From the IMG/VR virus record IMGVR_UViG_3300045988_083426: DNA of 42,045 nucleotides; one strand, written 5' to 3'. The notes below the pieces were generated by a model, which saw only the letters and a list, made by a program, of their open reading frames with translations, ran no database searches and was not told the DNA's origin. The position numbers and the translations under genes are program-made. This DNA comes from a virus. Position 1 is the first letter of the stretch. Every line of letters starts with the position of its first letter. Positions 30,501 to 37,892 of the stretch are shown here, one piece after another.

Positions 30501-33500
30501 GGGAGAAACCGCGTGGGGGATCTGAGCGAGGTGGCCGTGGTGCGGACGGCGGCGCACGAGCTGACGCACTTTATTCAGGACTACAACCCGGCGGCTTACG
30601 CAGAATACCGCGATTATGTGGTGGGGCTGCTCACAGAGGAGCAGGGCATGGACTTCGACGCGCTGGTGGAGCACAAGCAGGCGCTGCAGAACGACCTGAG
30701 CTATGACGAGGCCGTGGACGAGGTGGTCGCGGACGGCAGCGAGATGCTGCTGCGCGACACGGCGGCGGTGCAGCGGCTGGCCGAGGAGAACCGGGGGCTG
30801 TTCCAGAAAATCCGGTCGTGGCTGCGCAAGTGGCTCGAGAACATCAAAAAGGCGTTCGACGGCGTGGGTGCGGAGCACGCGGAGGCAAAAGCGCTCGAAA
30901 AGCATCTCGAGGAGCTGCAGAAGCGCTGGGACGACGCGCTCGTCGGCGCGTCGCGAAATTTGCAGAGGAGCAGGGCGGAAGCGGAGAGTGCCGGCGAGAA
31001 AGCGTCCGTGCGTGGAAAATACTGGCGGCCGGATCTCAATCGGTCGGAATGGAATCTTCTGAACCGGCGGCTGGAGGAAGAAATCGAAAGTTCCGGACAG
31101 TATATTGACGAATCGACGAAATGGCTGTATGCTGATGAAAAAGGCGTACAGGTGTTCGCTTTGTACGGCATCGGTGACGGCACGGAGGCCACGCCGCTGT
31201 ATGCGGTTGGCGGGAAGCAGGCCAGATATGCGGCATCCCTTATGCAGGATGTTATTGAGGAGGTTGGAAGAAGTGACGGAAACGCAGAAGGATTTGATTC
31301 ATGGGCTGAAAATCTTCGGAGCAAAAACGGGAACTATCGTAGAAATTATGCTCAGGCTGGAGACGGAAAGCCAGCAGGAAGAAATGCTGGGCTACATGGT
31401 AGATCACAGGGACGCAACACCGGAAAGCCTGCTGGAGATGGCAAGGGCAAGTCGTCCGGCGTAAGGGAAAAGTTCTCCCTGCGAGACAGCGCGGGGCGCG
31501 AGCTGACGGCGGCGCAGCAGGAATACTTCCGTGACAGTCAGGTGCGGGATGCGGACGGGAATCTGCTGGTCATGTATCACCAGACAGAGGGCGCGTTCAC
31601 AGTGTTCGATACCCGGCACAAGGGCGCGGGAACCGGCGACGATGAAACGCCGTTCGGCATCTTCCTGAAACGGACGGCGCGGGATATCGGCGTTCGCGGA
31701 AAGAACCAGATGGAGCTTTACGCGAACATCCGCAACCCGCTGCGCGTGCGTGATCGCGCGGAGCTGGTCGAACGGCTTCGCGAGCTGTCCGGAACATACG
31801 CGGAGCTGAAAGACCAGTCGGGGAAGATCGACAAGGAATACGGCGCGAAGTTCGCAGAAGCGAAGGCCGCTTTCAAAAACTTCCTTTTGCAGTGGCGCAA
31901 GGAAAACCCGGATGCACCGAGCCGGGCGGCCTATGACGCGGAAGGTTTTGATGCCGCATTCGACGCAGAGGACAACGTGGTAAAGGAATGGACGCAGAAG
32001 AAAGACGAGCTTGCGCTGCGTGCGAAAGAGGCCATTACCGACGCGCTGCGCAAAAACGGCTATGACGGCGTGATTCTGGAGAGTGACCGTGGCAGCTGGG
32101 GGCGCAGCACGGATGCCTACATTGCGCTGGACGCGAATCAGGTGAAGAACGTCACGAACCAGAACCCGACGGAGGATCCGGACATCCGGTATTCCGCGCG
32201 GGATTATGGGTTGACGGAGGACGAGGAACATGCTATCGTCAGTTATAAGTCGGGCGACAGCTACGCGCTGAACGGGAAGCTCGCGACCGGCGGGAAGCTG
32301 ACAGAGCTGCAGAGGTCGCTGCGCGACCATCTGGACACGGCGCTGGAGAAGCTGCCGGTCTACAAAGGAACGGTGTACCGCCACTACGACTTCGACTCTT
32401 TCGGCGGGTACGAGGCAATGGCGGAGTTCCTGTCGCAGTTCGCAAAGGGCAGAGCTGTACCGATGAGCAGTTATCTGTCGGCCAGCACGGTGCGCAACGA
32501 GGATCGGACGAACGGCGAGTATACGGTCGACATGGTGATCCAGTCTGAGACGGGACGCAGCCTGAACGGTTTCGGTCGGGATACAGAGAACGAGGTGCTG
32601 CTGTCGAGGACGACCGAGCTGATCGCCGATTCTATGGAGCTTATCAGCCCGCACAAAGTGAGAATTACAGCACGGGAGGTTGTAAAAAATGGAACAGGAA
32701 CGGCCGCCGATTCTGCATCAGTTGGTGTGCGCGACGTGCGAGAAAGCGAACAGAGAACTGACGGATTGCGACAAGTATCCGGACGGAATCCCGGAGGAGT
32801 ACAGACGGAAAGTGGAAGGTCTGCCGGACGAGACGGGGACGCCGGATTGTCCGGACTACGAGAGGGAACACGATCCGGATCGCTGGGTGAACCCGGAGTG
32901 GAAAGCGATTATCGAGCAGCTGAGGAAGGGCTGAAATACCAGCCGAGGGAGCAGAGCGTGAGCGACCGGCAGATTCTGGCGAACGCGCTGGAGCGCGTGG
33001 CGCAGAACGAGCGGGAGAGGTCCATTCTCGCGGACTACCGGGAGAAGGCCGCAAAGATGGCCTTTTATGAGAGGGAGCTGGCTAAGCGCGAGCAGAAGAT
33101 CGCCGACCACCGCAGCGGAAAGGCCGTTCTCGAGCCGGACAAGCTCCGGCGGGCGGAGGTCTCGGCGCAGAAGTACGCCGCGCTGATCAGCCAGCAGGAC
33201 GAGCGGCTGCTGCGGCTGGAGAAGCTCAAGCCGCTGCGCGACGTGGTGACGCGGGAGCGAGACTACATCGCCGAGCGGCTGCGCGGCGCCGCGGAGGAGA
33301 AGAGCCGCTACACGGCGGAATTCGAGCGGCAGCTGAGCGAGGAGCGCAAGCGCGGCGAGGAGCGGCTGCAGCAGTACCGCAAAGGCCGCGAGGAGCGCGA
33401 CGACATCCGCGTGGAGCGGCGGCAGATCGAGAAGCTGGCGAAGCGGCTGACGACGTATCTCGAGGAGAACACGGACAAGAAGCACATCCCGGAGGCGCTG

Positions 33501-36500
33501 AAAAAGCCGATCGGGGAGCTGCTGCAGTCGCTGGACTTCTCGTCCAAAACAAAGCTCTCGTCCGGGGCGGCGACGAAGACCGACCTCGCGTACATCCGGT
33601 CGATGCAGCGGATCGAGGCCGTACTCGCGGCGCAGGAGCGGTTCGACGAGACGGGCGAGGGCGGCGACCTGATCACAGGGACGCTGGATCTGCCGAAGGG
33701 CTTCCGCGAGGCGCTGGCGGAGCAGATCGAGCGGGTACAGACGATCATGGAGACGCACCAGCCGGGCGAGCGCGCGGTCATGCGGATGAATCTCGCCGAC
33801 CTGCGGAAGCTGCGGGTGATGCTCTCGACGCTCTCCAGCGCGGTGACGAAGATGAACGAGCTGTTCGCAAACGGGCAGTTCCGGCACGTCGATCAGGCGG
33901 CGCAGGACACGATTTTTACGCTGCGCGAGAAGGGGCAGCACCAGTCGCTCCTGCCGAAGGTCGAGAGCTTCGTCCGGTGGGACAACACGCTGCCGTGGTA
34001 CGCGTTCCAGCGGCTGGGCGAGGGCGGACAGTCCATCTTCGCGGAGCTGCAGGACGGCTGGGACAAGCTGGCGTTCAACACGCAGAAGATCCTCAAATTC
34101 CGCAAGGAGCTGATCGACGACAAGACGGCGCGCAAGTGGGACACGGAGGTACACGAGGTCGAGCTGACCGACCAGGACGACAACACCGTCAAGGCGAAGC
34201 TGACGACGGCACAGCTGATGAGCCTTTACTGCCTCTCGCGGCGCCGGCAGGCGCTGGGGCATCTGCTCGGCGGCGGCATCCGGCCGGCGGATATCGAGCT
34301 GACGGCGAACATCAAAGACAAGGTGCTGAAAAAGACCGAGAAGCAGGACACGCACTATCACCTGACGGACGAGCGGCTGGGGCAGCTGCTGGGTCTGCTG
34401 ACGGACGAGCAGCGCGAGATCGCGCAGAAGATGCAGAAGTACATGACGGAGCAGGGCGCGACGTGGGGCAACGAGATCACGATGGCGCGCTGGGGCTACC
34501 GGGCGTTCACGGAGGAGAACTATTTCCCGCTGACGACCGACCGCGAGGACCGGCCCGCCCGCGCGGACGACGCGTCGGAGGGAAGTCTTTACCGGCTGCA
34601 GAACATCTCGGCGACGAAGCCGCTGACGCAGAACGCGAACAACGCGGTGATGCTCTACAGCATCTTCGACGTGTACGCCGACCACATGGCGGACATGGCC
34701 AAGTACAACGCGATGGTGCTGCCGATCCTCGACGCGCAGAAGTGGTACAACTACAAGGAAGGCCACAAGAACGAGGCGGGGCAGGTGAGCACATGGACGG
34801 TGCAGCGGACGCTGACGCAGGTTTACGGGCGGGACGCGAACCGGTTCGTGATCCAGTTCCTGAAGGACCTGAACGGCGTGAAGGAAAACGGCGCGCGGGG
34901 CGAGGGTCTCGCGAAGAAGATGATCTCGAACTACAAGCGGGCAGCGGTCGCGGCCAACCTGCGCGTGGCGCTGCTGCAGCCGACGGCGTATGTGCGCGCG
35001 TCGGCGGTGCTGGACGCGAAGTATCTGACGCGCGCCTTCGGCGAGCGGACGAGCACGAAGGAAGCGACGGCGGAGATGCTGGCGCGCAGCGGCATCGGCC
35101 TGTGGAAGAGCATGGGCATGTTCGACACGGACGTCGGCCGGAGTATCCGCGACCAGATCAAGGGCAAGGGCAGCGCGGTGGAATCGCTCGTGGACAAGAC
35201 GATGGTGCTCGCGGAGAAGGGCGACAGCATCACATGGGCGCGGCTCTGGCGCGCGTGCAAGCTGGAGGTTCAGGACAAGCAGCACCTCTCGGGCGAGCAG
35301 CTGCTGGACGCGACGGCGAAGCGGTTCCGCGAGGTGATCTACCGGACGCAGGTGATCGACAGCACCATGACGCGCAGCCACATGATGCGCTCGGGGTCGA
35401 CGTTTGTGGCGATCTTCACGAGCTTCATGTCGGAGCCGACCGTCTCCTACAACCTCATCATGACGGCATCGGAGAAGATCTGGGAGGACACGAAGAAGTA
35501 CGGCGCGAAGATGGCCGTGAAGCGCAACTGGAAGACGGCGGGGCGGGCGTGGCAGGCGTACATCCTGTCGGCGGTCGCGTCGGCGATGGTGGAAGCGCTG
35601 GCGGACGCATGGCGCGATCCGGGCGACGACAAGGACACGCAGAAGCTGCTCAACGCCTTCCGCGACAACCTCGGAAGCGACCTGAACCCGCTCAATAAGC
35701 TGCCGGGCCTGCGGGACATCTTCTCGATTTTCGAGGGATACGACACGAACCGGACGGACATGGCGGCGTTCAGCAACCTGAACAAGGCCATCGCCATCTG
35801 GAAGGAGACGATCCAGCTCGCAAACGGCACGATCGACGAGGCGACGGACACGACGTACCACGGGAACATGACGATCTACGGCAAGGTCTATAAAACGGCG
35901 CAGGCGCTGTCGCAGCTGAGCGGACTGCCGGTGTCGGCGACGATGCGCGAGGCGCAGGCGCTCTGGAACAACACGGTGGGCCGGTGGGCGCCGGGGCTGA
36001 AACAGAAGACCTATGACAACGAGAAGCAGCGGCTCATCCAGAAGGCCGGAACGGCCATGTGGAACGGAGACAAGGACGCATGGCAGGATGCATACGCGGC
36101 GCTGGAGCAGTACATGCTCGCAGACGGCAAGAGCAAGCGCGAGGCGGAGAGCGCCGTCTACAGCGAGATGCGCAAGGCCGTGAAGGATTCCTATCTCGCG
36201 GGCGAGCTGACGGAGACGGAAGCGCGGCAGAAGCTCGTGGACTTCCTCGGATCGGACGCGGAGAAGGCCGCGCAGCAGGTCACGAGCTGGAAGAATGGCT
36301 CGGAGTTTGCGAAGGAGGTCGGGTTCGAGTACGGCGAGATGCGCAGCGCCTATGAGACGGGACGGATCCAGAAGAGCGAGGCGGTGCGCCTGCGCCAGAA
36401 GTACGGCGGCGAGACGCAGGACGAGGCCGAGAGCAAGGTGCGGTACTGGGATTTCTGCATCGAATATCCGCAGTACGACGACATCAGCGAAGCGCGGGCG

Positions 36501-36743
36501 AACAAGTACTACGACTACTGCCGGCAGGCGGGCGTGGGCGTCGCGGCGTATTACAAGGCGGCGCAGTACACGGCGGCCATCGTGAGCGAGAAGGACGAGG
36601 ACGGCAACAGCGTCTCCGGCTCGGTCAAGCGGCAGTACGTGGAGTACATCCAGTCGCTGGGGCTCTCGGCAGCGCAGCAGAAGGCGCTGTGGCAGGCGCT
36701 GAAAAACGCGACATGGAGCGACAAGGGGACGCCGTGGGAGTAA
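27588..36743 (+). CDS. Giant polyvalent virion protein (3051 aa) with HExxH metallopeptidase and ADP-ribosyltransferase motifs
   Basis: One uninterrupted frame. AAHELTHFIQ at 30555-30569 (H990). ART R-S-ExE triad: VYRH (R1598, 32379), YLSAST (S1631, 32478), ENEVLL (E1667 and E1669, 32586-32594). Confidence 0.8.
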   Translation: MSDFLKRRIQERDEQRRGTQETSAPASSFLQQRIQQRDTQRAESGYRAPTGTHKTMLGMSLEEYKAKLDEALAAWKSTSATTESGLANPKEAQARKTYQTMRKQYKALQQRESEKQQAQAAQQEYDELRVADLNALKAKMDAAKESADGSAKERVVAGSIVKQKDSGAQAAYEEAARKYNLAQQIQYDERGAQALGKLSEEEAAAVDTLAKSTNKGRKTDIVGAGIIDEMRRKATKVLTDAGYSAEEIDELANWRARQQNAQKYDAAVEKREALADKGLWGAAAATALSVPETLLSGIGVIDVAVQNYENRGTDRPADYKRTAMLPYAMATAGRSTISNKLEQNTDAEIFGQNVAAGAYNIGTSVLDSTAVAGLAALGVPPLAATSLLGGAAATSAMVDAKDRGVSDEQAVLTGLAAGVAESLFEEVSLEKLLKLKPAVGTLGQRVRTTIKNVGLQAATEGSEEFFTTLANTMTDNLINGGLSEFQQNLRGYMEQGMSEEQARRRAYLDLAGQLALDFGGGAIAGGLMAGGQTAIQTGQRNAAIAQEYGDIARGAAQERLETNEGDRLAQDVQNRVSSNRRVGGGAIAELVSRNVQAQNAQTQTAIAEAAAQRLTELGETENVETVAQAAAQLTADPTMSAGRRRAAENVLKGSRYGERVLGELTEGMQADSAESAPAAVQEQSAVPSAEQVRQAVESTQRSRGAQNLTESRGGEERTQSGRRFASEWAGNLPQVLTEDAYVRRLKELRVNPQATDSRTVTGTAYNKESGKLDVIVRGTDGKVETIPAAKAATTARQERLMELAADVGEAGPQMFAAIRDGQDVETYARQWKNAYTYGESNIPRAYAMQSDAVKYLTAEQRDIAYEAGKAAYDQKQTKARTKRAARGNDTHKAKKGTVKLTGAVIGGKRYDGVSKASLTERQRANLKVLGQVAQATGVDIVLYQSRANARGEYEGQNGAYKDGTLYLDINAGRNRVGDLSEVAVVRTAAHELTHFIQDYNPAAYAEYRDYVVGLLTEEQGMDFDALVEHKQALQNDLSYDEAVDEVVADGSEMLLRDTAAVQRLAEENRGLFQKIRSWLRKWLENIKKAFDGVGAEHAEAKALEKHLEELQKRWDDALVGASRNLQRSRAEAESAGEKASVRGKYWRPDLNRSEWNLLNRRLEEEIESSGQYIDESTKWLYADEKGVQVFALYGIGDGTEATPLYAVGGKQARYAASLMQDVIEEVGRSDGNAEGFDSWAENLRSKNGNYRRNYAQAGDGKPAGRNAGLHGRSQGRNTGKPAGDGKGKSSGVREKFSLRDSAGRELTAAQQEYFRDSQVRDADGNLLVMYHQTEGAFTVFDTRHKGAGTGDDETPFGIFLKRTARDIGVRGKNQMELYANIRNPLRVRDRAELVERLRELSGTYAELKDQSGKIDKEYGAKFAEAKAAFKNFLLQWRKENPDAPSRAAYDAEGFDAAFDAEDNVVKEWTQKKDELALRAKEAITDALRKNGYDGVILESDRGSWGRSTDAYIALDANQVKNVTNQNPTEDPDIRYSARDYGLTEDEEHAIVSYKSGDSYALNGKLATGGKLTELQRSLRDHLDTALEKLPVYKGTVYRHYDFDSFGGYEAMAEFLSQFAKGRAVPMSSYLSASTVRNEDRTNGEYTVDMVIQSETGRSLNGFGRDTENEVLLSRTTELIADSMELISPHKVRITAREVVKNGTGTAADSASVGVRDVRESEQRTDGLRQVSGRNPGGVQTESGRSAGRDGDAGLSGLREGTRSGSLGEPGVESDYRAAEEGLKYQPREQSVSDRQILANALERVAQNERERSILADYREKAAKMAFYERELAKREQKIADHRSGKAVLEPDKLRRAEVSAQKYAALISQQDERLLRLEKLKPLRDVVTRERDYIAERLRGAAEEKSRYTAEFERQLSEERKRGEERLQQYRKGREERDDIRVERRQIEKLAKRLTTYLEENTDKKHIPEALKKPIGELLQSLDFSSKTKLSSGAATKTDLAYIRSMQRIEAVLAAQERFDETGEGGDLITGTLDLPKGFREALAEQIERVQTIMETHQPGERAVMRMNLADLRKLRVMLSTLSSAVTKMNELFANGQFRHVDQAAQDTIFTLREKGQHQSLLPKVESFVRWDNTLPWYAFQRLGEGGQSIFAELQDGWDKLAFNTQKILKFRKELIDDKTARKWDTEVHEVELTDQDDNTVKAKLTTAQLMSLYCLSRRRQALGHLLGGGIRPADIELTANIKDKVLKKTEKQDTHYHLTDERLGQLLGLLTDEQREIAQKMQKYMTEQGATWGNEITMARWGYRAFTEENYFPLTTDREDRPARADDASEGSLYRLQNISATKPLTQNANNAVMLYSIFDVYADHMADMAKYNAMVLPILDAQKWYNYKEGHKNEAGQVSTWTVQRTLTQVYGRDANRFVIQFLKDLNGVKENGARGEGLAKKMISNYKRAAVAANLRVALLQPTAYVRASAVLDAKYLTRAFGERTSTKEATAEMLARSGIGLWKSMGMFDTDVGRSIRDQIKGKGSAVESLVDKTMVLAEKGDSITWARLWRACKLEVQDKQHLSGEQLLDATAKRFREVIYRTQVIDSTMTRSHMMRSGSTFVAIFTSFMSEPTVSYNLIMTASEKIWEDTKKYGAKMAVKRNWKTAGRAWQAYILSAVASAMVEALADAWRDPGDDKDTQKLLNAFRDNLGSDLNPLNKLPGLRDIFSIFEGYDTNRTDMAAFSNLNKAIAIWKETIQLANGTIDEATDTTYHGNMTIYGKVYKTAQALSQLSGLPVSATMREAQALWNNTVGRWAPGLKQKTYDNEKQRLIQKAGTAMWNGDKDAWQDAYAALEQYMLADGKSKREAESAVYSEMRKAVKDSYLAGELTETEARQKLVDFLGSDAEKAAQQVTSWKNGSEFAKEVGFEYGEMRSAYETGRIQKSEAVRLRQKYGGETQDEAESKVRYWDFCIEYPQYDDISEARANKYYDYCRQAGVGVAAYYKAAQYTAAIVSEKDEDGNSVSGSVKRQYVEYIQSLGLSAAQQKALWQALKNATWSDKGTPWE
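31273..31464 (+). CDS. Nested alternative-frame ORF 1 (63 aa) inside the polyvalent gene
   Basis: GAGGAGG (31257-31263), 9 nt, then GTG. VTETQKDLIHGLKIFGAKTGTIVEIMLRLETESQQEEMLGYMVDHRDATPESLLEMA. GC3 about 60% versus about 38% for the host frame over the same nucleotides (hand count). Confidence 0.5.
   Translation: MTETQKDLIHGLKIFGAKTGTIVEIMLRLETESQQEEMLGYMVDHRDATPESLLEMARASRPA
32689..32934 (+). CDS. Nested alternative-frame ORF 2 (81 aa, Cys-rich) inside the polyvalent gene, right after the ART domain
   Basis: GGGAGG SD 8 nt before the ATG. CATCEKA...CDKYPDGIP...CPDYE. GC3 about 74% versus about 41% for the host frame (hand count). Confidence 0.55.
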   Translation: MEQERPPILHQLVCATCEKANRELTDCDKYPDGIPEEYRRKVEGLPDETGTPDCPDYEREHDPDRWVNPEWKAIIEQLRKG

Positions 36744-36932
36744 AACTTCATCAAAGGCCACGGCCTTTGATGAGTAAGATTCGCTCCGAACCGCGCGTTT
36801 CCGTGCGTTGAACGCACGGAAACACACTCTCTCCGCGCAAGGTGTTTTTTGCGACGTACACGCCGCCGCAAAAAACGATTTGACTTTATTCGCGCCGCTG
36901 CGGCGGCGAGAACTCTGCGAGACATGAAATGA

Positions 36933-36961
36933 CAGCCCCGGAGGGATAACCTCCGGGGCTG
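36933..36961 (-). terminator. Terminator of the DUF2283-like gene
   Basis: cagccccggagg / cctccggggctg, a 12-bp stem directly 3' of the minus-strand stop at 36972. Confidence 0.65.
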
Positions 36962-36971
36962 TTGTGGGTAT

Positions 36972-37226
36972 TCAGGACTTTATCTTTTGAAGGAGCGTTC
37001 CGACAGAGAACGGAAGAGGGGGCAGGGTATTTGACCGGTAGCGCTTCATGAAGTCTAAAACGGTTACACCCGTCAGTTCGTCCGTGTCGATGTCCCTCAA
37101 GTAGATAATACCAGCTTCGCTGTCGTCACCATAGGAATTGTCTCTATCTCCAAGGGCGACATACAGAACGTCGTATTTGGCATCGTAATCAAATTGCAGG
37201 CTTGCCCTCTGCGACATATAATGCAT
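36972..37226 (-). CDS. DUF2283-like protein (84 aa)
   Basis: LQFDYDAKYDVLYVALGD...GIIYLRDIDTDELTGVTVLDF matches the DUF2283 pattern (YD.e.D.lyi.l...G..i). Confidence 0.65.
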   Translation of the reverse strand: MHYMSQRASLQFDYDAKYDVLYVALGDRDNSYGDDSEAGIIYLRDIDTDELTGVTVLDFMKRYRSNTLPPLPFSVGTLLQKIKS

Positions 37227-37281
37227 CTCCCTTCGAGCTGCCGCTGCGCGGATTTTTAGAGGTTTCCCTCACGGCAAATCT

Positions 37282-37310
37282 ATTCTACCACGAAGGAGAC
37301 CTCCAGACAA
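37282..37310 (-). promoter_or_regulatory. Promoter of the DUF2283-like gene (R element copy 1)
   Basis: -35 TTGTCT (37305-37310), 17-nt spacer, TG-extended -10 TAGAAT (37282-37287). Confidence 0.6.
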
Positions 37311-37329
37311 GAAATTTTTGGATTAGGGG

Positions 37330-37370
37330 TTGACAAACGTATCCACGTAATATATTATAAACGTGGATAC
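37330..37370 (+). promoter_or_regulatory. Promoter/operator of RHH gene 1
   Basis: -35 TTGACA (37330-37335), 17-nt spacer, -10 TATTAT (37353-37358). Perfect inverted repeat GTATCCACGT (37339-37348) / ACGTGGATAC (37361-37370) brackets the -10. Confidence 0.7.
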
Positions 37371-37388
37371 GGAAATGGAGGTGAACAT

Positions 37389-37559
37389 GTGTCTCCTAAA
37401 GGACGGCCGACGGACGACCCGAAAACCCTGAATACAAGAATCCGGTTATCCGAAGAGGATACAAAGCGACTTGAGTTCTGCGCAGAAGCGCTGGGAATCA
37501 CAAAGTCGGAAGTGATTCGGCGGGGAATCAAGGAAGTCTATGACGGACTAAAAAAATAA
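37389..37559 (+). CDS. Ribbon-helix-helix (Arc/Mnt/CopG-like) repressor 1 (56 aa)
   Basis: GTG start after GGAGGT. TLNTRIRLSEEDTKRLEFCAEALGITKSEVIRRGIKEVY has a beta-strand plus two-helix RHH layout. Confidence 0.7.
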   Translation: MSPKGRPTDDPKTLNTRIRLSEEDTKRLEFCAEALGITKSEVIRRGIKEVYDGLKK

Positions 37560-37624
37560 CAGAAACGCCCGCCTGTGGAAAGTTGAGCGTTTCTGCTATT
37601 GAACCAGAGGTTTCCCAACTGGAT
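37551..37624 (-). ncRNA. Predicted antisense sRNA 1 (about 74 nt), Sar-like
   Basis: Promoter: -35 TTGTCT (37654-37659), 17-nt spacer, TG-extended -10 TAGAAT (37631-37636). Intrinsic terminator CAGAAACGC...GCGUUUCUG followed by UUAUUUUUU. Antisense to the 3' end of RHH1 and the downstream spacer. Confidence 0.55.
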
Positions 37625-37790
37625 AAATTCATTCTATCACAGTGGGAGCCTCCAGACAAGAACTATTTTGGAGGTTTATTATGGAAAATCGAATCACGCT
37701 GTTGGAGCAGATCGAGAGACTGCTGGCACTGGCCAGCGAGGAGCAGCTGCGGATCCTGTATGTGGCCGCGCTGTACCTTGTGTAAGGGGG
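37604..37790. repeat. R element copy 2 (about 187 bp direct repeat)
   Basis: About 5 mismatches against 38114-38300. Contains the leftward promoter and the 34-aa ORF. Confidence 0.9.
37681..37785 (+). CDS. 34-aa microprotein, family copy 2 (MENRITLLEQIERLLALASEEQLRILYVAALYLV)
   Basis: GGAGG SD 6 nt upstream. Identical peptide at 38191; the two nucleotide differences between the copies are both synonymous. Confidence 0.6.
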   Translation: MENRITLLEQIERLLALASEEQLRILYVAALYLV

Positions 37791-37834
37791 GTGGCGGTTG
37801 AACCGACACCCGCATAATTTTTTCAAATTAGGGG

Positions 37835-37873
37835 TTGACTTTTGTACGGACGTAATATATTATTTATGTACGG
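37835..37873 (+). promoter_or_regulatory. Promoter of RHH gene 2
   Basis: -35 TTGACT (37835-37840), 17-nt spacer, -10 TATTAT (37858-37863). TGTACGG direct repeats flank the -10. Confidence 0.65.
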
Positions 37874-37892
37874 GCAAAAGTGAGGTGATTGC

